NCBI GenBank assembly: GCA_951406725.2
Contig: OX597817.1
Span: 32,736,001-32,800,000 of the forward strand
From: Octopus vulgaris
Taxonomy: Eukaryota
DNA: 64,000 nt
Direction of reading: 5' to 3'
Shown here: positions 38,827 through 52,560 of the stretch, in pieces
How positions within the stretch are numbered: position 1 is the stretch's first letter
How the letters are laid out: each line of letters opens with the position of its first letter
Made by a program: the position numbers and the translations under genes
Notes under the pieces: generated by a model
Database searches by the model: none
What the model saw: only the letters and a program-made list of their open reading frames with translations
What the model was told of the DNA's origin: nothing

Positions 38827-38938
38827 ATAATAATAATAATAATAATCATCATCATCATTATTTAAGGTCTGTTTTCTATGCTGGTATGGTAATAATAATA
38901 ATAATAGTAATAATAGTAATGATGATGATGATGATGAT

Positions 38939-39111
38939 GATTGGTGCAAGTGTGAAGGTAGAACACCTACAAAAATCAGCATTGCTTGGAACTGCAAGAA
39001 TTCTTCGTAGGGTTCTTGAAGCATGACCAGTAAACAAATGTCACCAAAGTCTGCTGGGTGTGGACAGCTGACACTTCCCATCATACTTAGCAAAATAAGC
39101 TGTGAGTTTTC

Positions 39112-39113
<2 letters not shown>
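38939..39113 (+). mobile_element. Second 3' fragment of the same R4/Dong-like element
   Basis: Near copy of 38649-38823, followed by (TAA)n. Confidence 0.85.
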
Positions 39114-39150
<37 letters not shown>

Positions 39151-39912
39151 TGAACGAACTAGTGAGTTTAGTTTAATGGCCTACCAATGTATACAATGAG
39201 TTTCTTTGCCCTAGGAGTCGGGAAGACACTCGGCAAGAAATGGAAGCAAATTTGAAAGAAGAAGAAAAACCCATATTAATAATAATAATAATAATAATAA
39301 TCATTATTTAAGGTCTGTTTTCTATGCTGGTATGGTAATAATAATAATAATAATAATAATGATAGTAATAATAATAATGATGATGATGATGATGGACTCT
39401 CCCATTGAAGACATTATATGAACGTTCAGCTCTTGCTGGACGACCTGCACAAATGATTTGTCGATAGCAATCAAATGTTTGTGCCCTACATTAGCTTGCT
39501 CACTCCATCAAATCAATGTTCTCTGAACAGGTACACGGTGTACCACATGTGTCAGGTGTCAAAGTGATTGCAGAGCAACATGAGATGAAGTTTTGTTCAA
39601 GAATACAATGTGCCACCATGTCTAGGAATTGAAACCATGATCACTAGATCGTGAGTGCAACATCTCCTTTCTACTCTAGGCACAAGGCCTGAAATTTTGG
39701 TGGTGGTGGTGGTGGTGGGGGGGGCGCTAATTGATGTCATTGACTCCAGTATGCTACTGGTACTTATTTCATTGATGCCAAAAGGAGGAAATGCAAAGTT
39801 GACTTTGGCAGGATTTGAACCTGAGAATGTAAAGAGTCAGAAGAAATGTCAATAAGCCTTTTGTTTGATGCACTGTTGATTCTGCCAGCTTGTTGCATAA
39901 TTAATAGCAATA

Positions 39913-40068
39913 ATGAGGATGGTGGTGGTGGTGGGGGTGATGATGATGATGACGATGATATTGATGATGATGATGATGATATGGATGATGATGATGATGA
40001 TGATATTGATGATGATGATGATGATATGGATGATGATGATGATATTGATGATGATGATTATGATGATT
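39913..40068. repeat. (GAT)n microsatellite with higher-order variants
   Basis: Direct reading. Other simple repeats: (GA)n 8489, (CAC)n 20288, (TA)n 22495, 25833 and 59246, (TG)n 34336. Confidence 0.95.
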
Positions 40069-41249
40069 TCTAACATTTCAAATAATTTGTTGCTATGGCA
40101 TAGAGTTACAAATTAGAAGGGGGAGGAATATAGTTAAGTGGATTAAGTTTTGTGCACAACTAATAAGTATTTTATCAACTCCAGATGAATGAAAGTAAAG
40201 CCGGCCATGACAAGATTCAAACTTAAGAGTGTAAAAAAGGTGAAACTAAATACAATCATGAATTACTGTAGTTATTTATCACAAGTGAGGGCATATTTAA
40301 AGGAGATGTAGATTTTTGAAAAGCCAAGGTTCACGAGTTGACTTAGTAATGAAGACAGAATGGCAGTAATTTGAAAGCGACATGAATGGTTTCTTAACAG
40401 TATAAAAGTAGTATAGAAACAATAAATTTCTGGTACTTAGAACTCAGAGAAAGAAAGGGATAATGATAGAGTGAAATCCTGAAGCATGTATTGTCCTCTA
40501 GCGGGCTATTAATTCAAGGGAGGTAATCACGGCTTTATAATATTTGGCTGGATTAAAAGTTTGAATTTGAAATTAAAGAATAAGGCAAAAGATGCATAAA
40601 CCACATTTATATAATTGTTGTTCTTGACTAATTACAAAGTTCTTAAAATATCTAGTCAGTAGTAATTGTGTATAGTACTATTTCATTCTTTTTAGAAATT
40701 ATCAGTATGATGTGATCCAAAGTATAACTATTAAACATTTTATGAAGTGAGACATTTCTTATAAATGATTTCTAATCAAAAAAAGGTTTCTTTAAAACTA
40801 GTCTCATGTACTGGTGATTTAGAATGGTTCACCACCCAAGACATAGTGTAGCAACTTAGACAGGCAATCTATGCCAAAGTCATGACAATCACGAATATAA
40901 AGAAAACCCCTATGACTAACACCATGTTAATGCTGTGTATGGTTTGTGGGATGGTTAAGTAGAAACACCTGGCCTTGTGGTATGAACCTTTTAACCATCA
41001 TCAAATGGTCATCCACTTCTTTTCAAGTACAGAAAGCAGAATTCAAATGAAGATACGCCCATCACTGGATATCCTCTTCCTTTTGTCAGGTAAACAACAT
41101 AAGAGTTATCGTGATTGGTTTAGGTCCATGAAGGATGGGTTTGGAGAGACTGTTGATGTTAGAACAAAAGCAACTATAGGGTTATCAAACTGATGGACTA
41201 TGTCATGAAAACTACCTAAAGAGTTTTAGCACAGCTGATTGGAAAGAGA

Positions 41250-41690
41250 ATTAGAATGGCTTAGATGAGGGGCAGTGTGAATTTGTCCTTGGTCATGGTA
41301 CCATTGATGCATTCTTCTTAGTCAAACAACTGCAAGAGAAATTTTTAGCTAAGCGTAAACCACTTCATCTAATATTTTCTGATCTGAAGAGGGTCTTGAC
41401 AGAGTACCATACTTTGTAGTTTGTTGGTCTTTAAGAAAATTATGTACAGATGAATGGGTTGTGAGAATAATGCAAACCATGTACAGAGATGCCATCAGCA
41501 AACTGAGAGTTGGTAATGTGTTTGAAGAATTTAATGTGCAGGTAGATGTCTCTCAAGACTCTGTTCTCAGCCCCCTCTACTTATTATAGTTCTCTGGGCC
41601 ACAATAAAGAAATTTAAGATTGGTTGTCCATGGGAACTCCTGTATGCTGATGACTAGTACTTAAAACTGAGCTTATTGTAATTTTCAAAT
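41250..41690 (+). mobile_element. Decayed RTE-clade reverse transcriptase fragment
   Basis: GTIDAFFLVKQLQEKFLAKRKPLHLIFSDLK..DRVP..SVLSP..CPWELLYADD (YADD at 41643-41654). Confidence 0.85.
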
Positions 41691-41844
41691 TTAAAACTGT
41701 GACCAATGGAGGTAGAAACCAAATACAACAGGACTATGATGCAAGATCTGAAGGATTGTGGTGTAGGGGTTGGGTGTTAAGAGAAAGGGAAGGTGATCTG
41801 GCAAGTACATTAAAATTGCAAGTTTTTGTCTTATATGAAAGTAG

Positions 41845-42146
41845 GCATCTGGTGGGTGAACTGAGCCGTGATGTCCTTCTCCCAACTCTACTTCCCAACT
41901 GGCGGAAACGCACGGGCGGGCAGCTGAAGACCTGGGTTACGACGATCAAGGAGGACCTCTCCTTGCTCACGGGACCACAGGTGGTCGGCCTGCGCCGATG
42001 GAACTGTGACTGGCTCGCTATCTCCAGTGAACTGGCGCAGGACTGTCGTGCATGGGCTGCCTAGGTTCGAGATGCCTCGAGGGTGGTAGAAGAAGCCGAC
42101 TCAACCCGCCCAGGGTGAATGTCGCCACAAGTACAAGTAAGTAAAG
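41845..42146 (+). mobile_element. GC-rich RTE 3' end with a 14-bp TSD
   Basis: WRKRTGGQLKTWVTTIKEDL..LAQDCRAWAA; tail caagtacaagtaagtaa; ttatatgaaagtag duplicated at 41831-41844 and 42147-42160. Confidence 0.85.
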
Positions 42147-43002
42147 TTATATGAAAGTAGTTCCTGACAAGTGCTGAAGTGAGACATGTTAGCTAGCAAG
42201 ACATATGATTTGTCTTTATCGTGTAGAAACATGGTAAATGGATAGAGAAAGACAGGGAACAGAAATAGATGTACAAAGGGGCTTTTTTACTTGACAGCAC
42301 AAGCATGTAAAATATTGGTTTCAAATTTTGGCGCAAGGCCAGCAATTTTGAGAGTTGTGGGCGAGTCGATTACATTGACCCTGAAAGGGTGAAAGGCAAG
42401 GTCAACCGTGACAGAATTTGAACTCAGAATGTGAAGATGAATGAAATGCCACTAAGCATTTTGCCAACATGCTGATGATTCTTCCTGCACGCTGCCATAG
42501 GCATGTAAAATATTGTCTGGTTGAATAGTGACATTTAGAAATATATCAAACTAAGCACAATTTTCTTGCTAAGTAATATTTTATTCAGTCACCAGTACTT
42601 TCATTTTTTTCTTTTGAAACTACTTTTCTAAAACCTCATTGTCATTTTTAATTTTGTTAAGTTTTGAGCAGCTTAGTAGAAAGTTTTAGTCATCAAAAGG
42701 CCCCTGGTGCTGAAGTACTAAGAAGACAAAGAATATATTTTACTTCAGCACTAAGATTTTTTTTTTTTATATTTGTGTCATTTCTTCGCCTTGAGCAACA
42801 AAAATTTGTCACTGTCTTTGTATTTAAAGTTTTGTGTTGCCCAAACTTCTGTCTTAGAAGCCCAAAAGCTCTGTTGCAATAATAACCTTATCAAATATTC
42901 AATCAATGCTTTCCAGACTACTCAACACTGTCAATATATGTCTCTAAACTATAATCACACAGTTCTCTTTCCATCAGTTTTGGTATGAGCAACATTCTAT
43001 AA

Positions 43003-43221
43003 CCCTTTCATTACCAACCCGGCTGAAACCAGCCCTGACTCTGAGTACAAATGTCTTGTTTTCATAAGTTTTGAATTAAAATCTTCCACCAAACCTTAGT
43101 CACAATTTATGTTCCTAACACTAGCTGAATGATAACTAAGTTATTTTACTAAATTCTTTGTTATATTTAAAGTAATTGAAAGAAACACAAAGCATCGAAA
43201 ATAAATACAGTAACGAAAGGG
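43003..43221. mobile_element. piggyBac-type MITE (family 2)
   Basis: CCCTTTC..GAAAGGG|TTAA; inverted relatives at 31451-31669 and ~24820-25020. Confidence 0.8.
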
Positions 43222-44703
43222 TTAAACTTTCCAAAAATATTTAAAACTCTTTCTTTCACTTTTACTCTCTTCCTTCACTCTTTAAAGTTTCCAATATTTT
43301 CTCCAAATTTTCTCAGTAAGGCCATTGCATATTCATATACAAATTCTTATATTTTTTTTGCGATTGTTCTAAGTTTGTAATTAGGTTTAGTATTTCTAAT
43401 TTGATATCTGCTACCTTAACATTGTCCTTCTCCATGACCAGAATGAATTTGGCGAAAAAACTAACCTACACATGTAGAAGTCATAAATACACTGTCCGAA
43501 TGTGATTGATGCCAGGCCCACCTGACTGGCTCCTGTGCCAGTGGCACGTAAAAAGCACCCACTACACTCTCGGAGTGGTTGGCATTAGAATGTTGCCAGA
43601 TCAGATTGGAACCGCTGGCTCTCCAGACCTCAGTCAAACCATCCAACCCATGCCAGCATGGGAAACGGAGGTTAAACGATGATGATGATGATGATGTTTT
43701 TTAAGAATTGTTTTATCAACCCTAGGCAGTGTTCTTGGAAGCGTAAGTAGGATTTTAAGTCAGCAAAATGTAAATAAGTCTTTCAAATCTACGTAGCATT
43801 GACAAAAATCTGGTATTACCAAGTTGTATTAGGTTTTGCCATTCTACTTCAGCAAACTCACGAAGTTCTTTTAGTTGTTACCATGACCTGTATTTATGTG
43901 TGAGTATTTGGAAATTTTCACATAAGTGCTTCAATATCAGTTGTTTGGAGACAATTATACAGTGTGTACACTAGAGCCAATGCCAATGACATCCTCTAGA
44001 AGTTTCTTTTTTTTTTTTTTTTGTAATTGGATAAATGTGTTCCTGTTTTGTCATTTTATTATTTGTGTTGCGGTTGTCTTCACGCAAAATCCATTAACTT
44101 TTTTCCAACAACCTTTGAATATCACCAACTAAAACCAAGGTATTTCATGGAATAGTGTGCATATCCAAAAATTTGTCCTGTATTCTGACCAGGAAAGTAA
44201 TATCATTTTACCACTTTTTTGGTCTGATACATCCATAGAAATTATCAAAAATTTTCCCCTGCTTGTTCTTTAGCAAGCTCATATTTTGCTATTGGTGAAA
44301 TTACATTCAAAATCACTGTTTTATATTGTTCTGGCTTTGACAGATGCCTTGGAACTAAAGTCATGAGAAACTGTATGGAAATTTTTTTAAAAAATCACAG
44401 CTTTAAGAGTACCGAAAGCTTCAATTTGATCATTTCTGATTTTATATAAAAAAAAAATTCTGATCAAGATAAACCATCAATTGTCTTGTTCCTTTGAGAT
44501 TGCAAATGATATTTACCAGTGAAGAAAAATCTATGTGCCTATCTCTATGCACCACAGAAAACCCTGCAAAACAGTGAGCACATTTTACTGTCACCACAGA
44601 AAACTTTATTTGTAGAAAAAGTAAACCTTCATTATAAATTCATACATTCTTGTCAACTGGGTAAAACTGAATCAAAAATATTTTTAATATATATAAAGAG
44701 ATT

Positions 44704-44751
<48 letters not shown>

Positions 44752-44754
<3 letters not shown>

Positions 44755-45151
44755 GCTGTGTGGTAAGTAGCTTGCTTACCAATCACATGGTTCCGGGTTC
44801 AGTCCCACTGCGTGGCACCTTGGGCAAGTATCTTCTACTATAGCCTCGGGCCGACCAAAGCCTTGTGAGTGGATTTGGTAGACGGAAACTGAAAGAAGCC
44901 CGTTGTATATATGTATATATATATGTGTGTGTTTGTGTGTCTGTGTTTGTCCCCACCCCACCCCCAACATTGCTTGACAACTGATGGTGGTGTGTTTACA
45001 TCCCCGTAAGTTAGTGGTTCAGCAAAAGAGACCGATAGAATAAGTACTAGGCTTACAAAGAAGAAGTCCTGGGGTTGATTTTCTCGACTAAAGGTGGTGC
45101 TCCAGCATGGCCGCAGTCAATTTATTAAAACAAGCAAAAGAGTAAAAGAGT
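44752..45151 (+). mobile_element. SINE family A
   Basis: Full-length copy. Confidence 0.9.
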
Positions 45152-46199
45152 TATATATATATATATATAGGATATCCTCATCCATAGTCATGAATATTTG
45201 GTAATGACTAAAAGAGTATGAATGCAAGTACAAGTGGCTATAAATGGAGTCCTTCTGAAGGATCTTCTGAGTAATATTACTTGATAGGGTGTGTTGCTCA
45301 AAGATCAGAAAGTCTCTCTAGGTCAAGCCTCTACTTCTCCTCATTGAGAGGTCAGATTTCTGGTATTATGGACTTGTGATTAAAATGCTGTGAGAAAGAA
45401 TTACAAAAAAAGATTCTTCAAACCAAACCAGTTGGCAGAAGACCAAGGAGATGGATGGAAAATAACCATAGTATCAGTTGGTCAACTTTTGAATGCGGCT
45501 GGAAAGTGTAATGACAGCTGCGTCTGATAGGACTCTGTACCCAAGGAAAACCCCCCCCCCACTCTTCCAGGAATAGTCCCAAGGAGATGGGTGGATGTCA
45601 GTGTAAAGAGAAATAAAATATACATCACAGTTGGTTTATTTATTTGTATGTAAAACTGTAATGCCTTGACACTTCGTTAAATTTTCGGTCAATAACATAG
45701 CAGAAAAAATATGTAATTTTAGTAATTTGTTGGTGGGTGAGTGAGGTTTTCATGGAAAACGTGTTATATAAGGCCTAATTTTAACAATTATTAATGTGTG
45801 AATAGGTCAGAGTTCAGACGATATTATTGCTTTCAACACAATAAGACTTCCTGTTATCAACTGGATTTTCTAGGAACTGGTGTTTTTTTTTTTAATGACC
45901 ATCTGGATTTTTCTCCTTTCAATTCATATCTACAGTTCTGAAAATTGTGGTTTTGCATGTGAATAAAGCAGAGTATTTTTGTTTCAAATCCTGGTTGGGC
46001 TCATGCTTCAGATGTTTCATGATACATAAAAACAACTAATAAGTATCAATATATTGTGTCTTTTCTGTCAAACCAGGTTAAAAATATAGAACAAAATTTT
46101 TTCAAATTGCCTAAAAAACTGGGACATAATAATGAAACTAATTGGGACATTGTTGGTAAACCAAGACAATCTTAGTCAAACTGGAACATATGGAAATCC

Positions 46200-47300
46200 T
46201 ATTGTAACTGAATCTGTGGAAGATTTAAGGAAGAAATTCCTGAAGTGGAAATAAAACCTAGAATTGTGAGGCCTCATAATAAACTTAGTGACGACATTTT
46301 AGTAAGTTGGTAAGAAGATAAAAGGGGAAGAGGAGTAATTAGCAGAAAAGATGTTTCCTTCTGTCATCAGGGAAATGGTCATACTCATTCAGTAGAAATG
46401 AAGGAGGTAAGAATTCCATATGGTATACTAAATATAAACTGTAAAATAGTAAAAATAAGAAGGCACCATGGTGTATTAACAAGTTAACTTCCCAGCCATA
46501 TGGTTCCAAGTTAAGTTCAGGACACTTTGGACAAGTGTCTTCTATTACAGCCTTAGGCCAACCAAAGCCTTGTGAGTGGATTTTATAGAGATAAACTGAA
46601 AGGAACCTGTCTTTGTGTGTGTGTGTAAGTTTGTGTCTCCTTGTCTTGATATCACATAGTTGTAAAATGACTGTCATTCCTCTTCAAGATTCTGTGAGGA
46701 CATATCTAGCCACAAGAAACTATTACCTTGCTTGGAAACAGGAGAGGGTTGCAATAGGAAGGGCATCCAACTTGATGAACTCTGTCCGACCCATACAAGC
46801 ATAGAAAAGCTGATGTTAATTTGATGATGATATGAGGAAGCTTATTTTATACAGTGCTTATTAAGTGCACTACAAGTATTAGTGCACAAAAAGTGTAGTG
46901 GAATTAGATTAGAAGACTTTACATATTGTTTGTAACAGATGCACAGGAGTAGTTAGCAGTTTGGGTATCAGTGGAATAAATTGTTTCCAATGCCTCTGTT
47001 ACCTTGGTGGCTAATCAATAATGGTTAAGGGTGCTTTGAAAGTAGAGTTGTGGAATAAGAACAGGGTAGCAAAAGTTCAGTGGAGTTATTATCTTTATTG
47101 GTAGTAAAGAGTTGCTCTCTTTGAGTGAAGGGTATGTTGTATGAAGCTTGGGTATGAAGTTTGATGTTGCATGGTAACAACACATAAGCAATGAAAGAGG
47201 CAAGCATACTCTGCTGATGTTTAATGTTGAGAGAAAAACTAGGTTCAGAGAAAAACTAGGTATAAGAGAAATAAAATAGTGTGCAAGAGGGAAAACTACA
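46200..47300 (+). mobile_element. Highly decayed RTE fragments interrupted by SINE and CR1 pieces
   Basis: 46200-46440 and 47000-47300 resemble the reverse complement of 21600-22270. Confidence 0.55.
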
Positions 47301-47326
47301 TAAGTGCAGATATATAATACATACTG

Positions 47327-47561
47327 TAGGGTGGCGAGCTGGCAGAAACGTTAGCACGCTGGGCGAAATGCATAGCCGTATTTTGTCTGCCGCTACATTC
47401 TGAGTTCAAATTCCGCCGAGGTCGACTTTGCCTTTCATCCTTTCGGGGTCGATAAATTAAGTACCAGTTACGCACTGGGGTCGATGTAATCGACTTACTC
47501 CGTTTGTCTGTCCTTGTTTGTCCTCTCTGTATTTGGCCCCTTGTGGGTAGTAAAGAAATAG
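47327..47561 (+). mobile_element. SINE family B
   Basis: ggcgagctggcagaaacgttag head through ccccttgtgggtagtaaagaaata tail. Confidence 0.88.
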
Positions 47562-50500
47562 ATATATAATGCATATGAATGGTGACTGTTGGGTAAAGAA
47601 GTGCTGTGATGATTGTCAAATGGAAAGAAAACATAGAAAACATAGTCAGTGGTAGTGAAGGCTGGTCTGAAGATGTAAAGCTCTTATAATGGAGATGATA
47701 ACAATGACAGGTAGTGAGTCATTATTCTGCAGAAGACCTGTTTAACCTATACAAGCATAGAAAAAGGTATATAACTGATTAGGATGGTATTTGTTTGCAG
47801 CACCATCAGTAATATCATTGCTATTATTAATTGTAATACCTTTCATATGTTTGATGCAATATCTTGCAGTCTCAATGCAATCAGGCCCAGTAATATATTA
47901 ATATGAGAAATTATTTATATATCTGTTTAAAACAGAGTCTTCGCTCTACTTCCCTGCGTAAAGTTTGGTTGAAAATTTAAGTTTGTTTTTCTTAATGTTT
48001 TAATATTAGTTCTTTAAAATCCACTATTTGCAACTTTAATAAAATAAAGTCAAGTGCTGGTATTGATTTAATCAACTATGTCCCCCCACACACACACCCA
48101 CATGCAAAGAAAGAAAAGGAAATGAAAAAGAGACAAAAATAAAAAAAAAGAGAAAAGTCTTGGCCTTGTGCCAGTATTAGAATTCAATATTAGTTCTGAA
48201 GTCTGAGAAAGTTTTAGCCTTAAGCACCAACTCACTTTAGTTTGACATTAGTTCCACATGAGATTTCTAACCTGAGATTGGCACTTACCATTATCATCTT
48301 TTCAGTTTAATAAATTTTTAAAAATTCTTTCACAGATTAATTTGTAAACACAGTATTCCACTTTTGTTAAATGACCTTATAAAAATTATTGTTCAGTTAT
48401 AATTGTACTGCTTCAAATTACTAACTTATTATTTATCAATCTATTTGTATGTTTTTTTAACAACAAATTCTAAATTATACTAAACAACATAGCTCATTTA
48501 TATGATGGCAAAATTGCTCTCACAAATTTGAATTACTCTAATTGTTTTTTCAGTTACACACTATAAATAACTATTATAAAATATTTATTTTTCCTTCTCT
48601 GCCTGTCATTTCTCTCTTTTAAACTTGAGTATACCGGATAACTTTCATTCGCAATAGTAGTGCACTATGTTAAACATCTTTGTTACATACATTTTGTCAC
48701 TTGTATGATCCCTTCATGCATTTAATGAAAGCAAAGGCAATATAGGCCCCTCTACTACACTACACTTACACTACAGCCATATACTATTATAATGTATTTG
48801 TCTTGCCATGGACTTTAGAACTATATTATATCACATTACACTTGAGGCCGCTTGTGTTTTTTTTTAACGCATATAAACTTCAGAAGGAAATGATTTGTTG
48901 TTAATGTAAAGATAAAGATGAGAGAGACAAAAAATAAATAAGAGACAAAGTAGATGGTATGCTTCAGTTTGAAACAAAAAAGAAAAAAAAAGGGTATAAT
49001 GGAGATCATAAAAGGTAGCTAAAAAAAAAAACAGATATCAACATGACTACATCTGAATATACAACTTTTTCTAGTTCATTCTTTAGGAATTTTTTCTATT
49101 GTCTACCCTAAACATGAAAGCATATAGAAAAATTGTTTCAACGTACATTTCCATAATTTCATTATGCTCCATATATATATATATATATATATAGACAGCA
49201 CTTCTTTTTATTCCATTATTTGTGGCCATGCTAAGGCATCACCTTTTAAAATATTTTACTTGGTCATTAATAGGACTTATTTTAGTCTGATACTGAAGTG
49301 ATTGCCTTATCTTTATTCTATAGCTCCATTTTACTGCTTTTGATTTTTTGCTGTAAAGGGACAATTTGATGCACCACTACACAAGTGACAAGTTTTTGCT
49401 TACAGTTTCTGTATATCATATTTTATTCACAAGTTATTATTTCTAGTAAAAAGAAATTACATTCAAGAAGATCTGGAGAGTTCTGAATGTTTGGTAAATG
49501 TTTGAGCCTTGGGTATTCTTTATTTAACAGTAAAATAGTAGAATCCAAGAAAACTAGTGATGCTGTACTTAGCAGTGGCTCTAAATACTTGACTGATACT
49601 TTGTTTTATCAATCCCGAAAGGACAAAAGGCAAAATTGACCTTGGCAGGGTTTGAACTCAGAGCATAGAACATTGAAAGAAATGCAGCAACCCATGCTAT
49701 CTGAAGCACCAATGATTTGTTCAAATAATCTTTCAAATTTTGGCACAGGGCCATCAGCACTTAGGATCTCTCCTAGCAAAAGCACATCCTTTGCATAGCA
49801 GCACATCCCTAAGATTAGTCCTTCTCTTCAGGAGCAGAAGGTATTTCTCTCCAAACAGCTGCTGATACTTTGCAAAGCTCAAGTGAGGTGCAAAATGGAT
49901 TATGGGAATGGTGCTACTGCTACATGCACAGACATCCTGGGCTGCACCCAGAGAGAAGTCTTTACTGATTGGTATTCAATCACAAGTGGACATAGTCTAG
50001 TCTCTTACCCACAAGCATGCTACCCCTCTCTCCACAGCCCTGCATGAGCTACTATTCCCAGTCATTTCTCCTTACAATATTTTCCCACTGGAATCTCCTT
50101 GTGGGTCATGTCTTAATTGAAATAATTTAAGCTAAATATTAACAGTACTAACCACACCAGTCTTGATGAGCCTGCAAAGATCATGGCTACACCTCTTCCT
50201 CTAGTTGCACTGAGTAAAAGCAAATTAAAAATAAAAAAGTAATATGAGCAGTTCAAATAATTCTTCCTAATTTTTGGTACAAGGCCAGTAGTTTTGGTGA
50301 GAAAGGGAAGTCAAGGTGCCATGCAGTAGGACTGAACCTGGAACCATATGGTTGGTAAGCAAGCTTCTTACCACACAGCCACTCCTACGCCTATATTTTA
50401 TCAACCTGAAATGATGACAGGCAAAGTTGTCCTCAGCAAGATTTGAGCTCAGAATGTAAAAATTTCTTCCAATAATGACATCGGTTTTATGTCATGAGGA

Positions 50501-50591
50501 AGAAGGGGTTAGTTGCTTACAAGTGTTGCAGGAATAAATAGATTATTTATTGTGAGCACATTGTATTGAAATTTTCGAAATAAAATATATT

Positions 50592-50966
50592 CTCTCTTCT
50601 ACTCTTCTACTTGTTTCAGTCATTTGACTGCGGCCATGCTGGAGCACCGCCTTTAGTCGACCAAATCGACCCCGGGACTTATTCTTTGTAAGCCCAGTAC
50701 TTATTCTATCGGTCTCTTTTGCCGAACCGCTAAGTGATGGGGACGTAAACACACCAGCATCGGTTGTCAAGCAATGCTAGGGGGACAAACACACACACAT
50801 ATATACATATATACGACAGGCTTCTTTCAGTTTCCGTCTACCAAATCCACTCACAAGGCATTGGTCGGCCCGGGGCTATAGCAGAAGACACTTGCCCAAG
50901 ATGCCATGCAGTGGGACTGAACCTGGAACCATGTGGCTGGTTAGCAAGCTACTTACCACACAGCCA
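50592..50966 (-). mobile_element. SINE family A
   Basis: Near full-length copy. Confidence 0.9.
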
Positions 50967-51333
50967 CGAGGCAGGTTTTAAAGATAGTTTTTTTTTTTTT
51001 TTTTTTTTAAGTGTTGTGTGACTATACTATCTATATAGATGCTTCTTTATTAGCCATTCCTCGAAGAAGAGGTGTTAATGTTTGTCAGTATGAGTGATTA
51101 TTCAACAAGTTAGACTATTTGAAGATAATGAAATTGGTGAAGTAAGATAAGCTCTTGTGCTCCGAAAAGAGGTGAATTTTGATGTTAAGGTTAACTTCCT
51201 TATTAAATACAAGATAAGCACTAGTTTCTTTGGTCGCTAGTATTTTATTTATTTATTGTTTTTTAGCTTTGAATGAAAGATATTTAGCATGATTTCAGTT
51301 CCTGAATTTAGTTGAGAATAAGGGTTGTATATC

Positions 51334-51735
51334 TATTTCTTTATTGCCCACAAGGGGCTAAACATAGAGGGGACAAACAAGGACAGACAAAGAGATTAAG
51401 TCAATTACATCGACCCCAGTGCGTAACTGGTACTTTATTTATCGACCCTGAAAGGATGAAAGGTAAAGTTGACCTCGGCGGAATTGGAACTCAGAACGTA
51501 GCGGCAAACGAAATACTTATTTCTTTACTACCCACAAGGGGCTAAACATAGAGGGGACAAACAAGGACAGACAAAGAGATTAAGTCAATTACATCGACCC
51601 CAGTGCGTAACTGGTACTTTATTTATCGACCCTGAAAGGATGAAAGGCAAAGTCGACCTCGGCGTAATTTGAACTCAGAATGTAAAGGTTGATGAAATAC
51701 TGCTAAGCATTTTGTCCGGCGCGCTAACGTTTCTG
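51334..51735 (-). mobile_element. SINE family B dimer
   Basis: Two head-to-tail minus-strand copies. Confidence 0.88.
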
Positions 51736-51945
51736 TATATCATAATCATCATCATTTAACATCAGTCTTCCATGCTGGCATCGTTTGGACAGTTTGACAA
51801 GAGTTTGCAAGCCAGAGTACTGACTATACCAAGCTCTATGGTCTGCTTTGGCATAGTTTCTACGGCTTGATGCCCTTCCTAACATTCACCATTTTACAGT
51901 GTACTGGGTGCTTTTTATGTGACACCAGTACTGGTAAGGTTACCG

Positions 51946-52560
51946 TCTATATACTACTACAACTCTGTGATTGCTTGCTTGCGTACTTGTCTGTAATTTA
52001 ATACAGCCAAACTGGTGCATAATGGGAAAATACTCTGAAAGTATGGTACCCCTGAAATGTGAATACAAACGGAATAAAAAAGTTTCGCATAAATCGGACC
52101 ATGGATTCCTGAGATACGCAGTTTTTTTTTGGTACCTTCATAAATAGCCAAAACGGCACATAATGGGAAAATACTCCAAAAGTAACAAAACCCTGAAATG
52201 GGAATATATATAATACCGTGACCAAACGCATTTAATCAATAAATGTTTCCATTAATTTTATGTTTGCATTATATAACAATTACTTTTGCATTTTTGTAGA
52301 AGTGTGCATACATGCCATAGATAAATGCTGTTACTGGAGTTCAAGTTTATTCCGGAAGTTCTATTTCTATTAGATGCTGTAAATAATCGATAAAACCTTA
52401 AACATGAACTTGTAAACAAGACCTATGATGGCACAAATGAATTGAAATATTTAACTGAATCATCATCAAATTAACTTTCATTTCAATGCAATGTTGAAAT
52501 CAGCTTCAACGTTTTACAACCTGAACCATCAGTGACCCAACGGGGTCACAGGTAGTCTAG
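51946..52560 (+). mobile_element. Non-autonomous Helitron (second family)
   Basis: 5' tctatatactacta, 3' hairpin gtgacccaacggggtcac followed by aggtagtCTAG|T; internal imperfect repeat cataatgggaaaatactc..ccctgaaatg occurs twice. Confidence 0.8.

Noticed and set aside
39846-40116. Poly-Asp, poly-Met and poly-Ile ORFs
   Set aside because: Artefacts of the (GAT)n microsatellite.
46355-46378. CTGATGA..GAAA on the minus strand
   Set aside because: No stem I or real stem II, and it lies within decayed RTE coding sequence. Isolated CTGAnGA hits near 12923, 27778 and 34935 likewise lack the fold.
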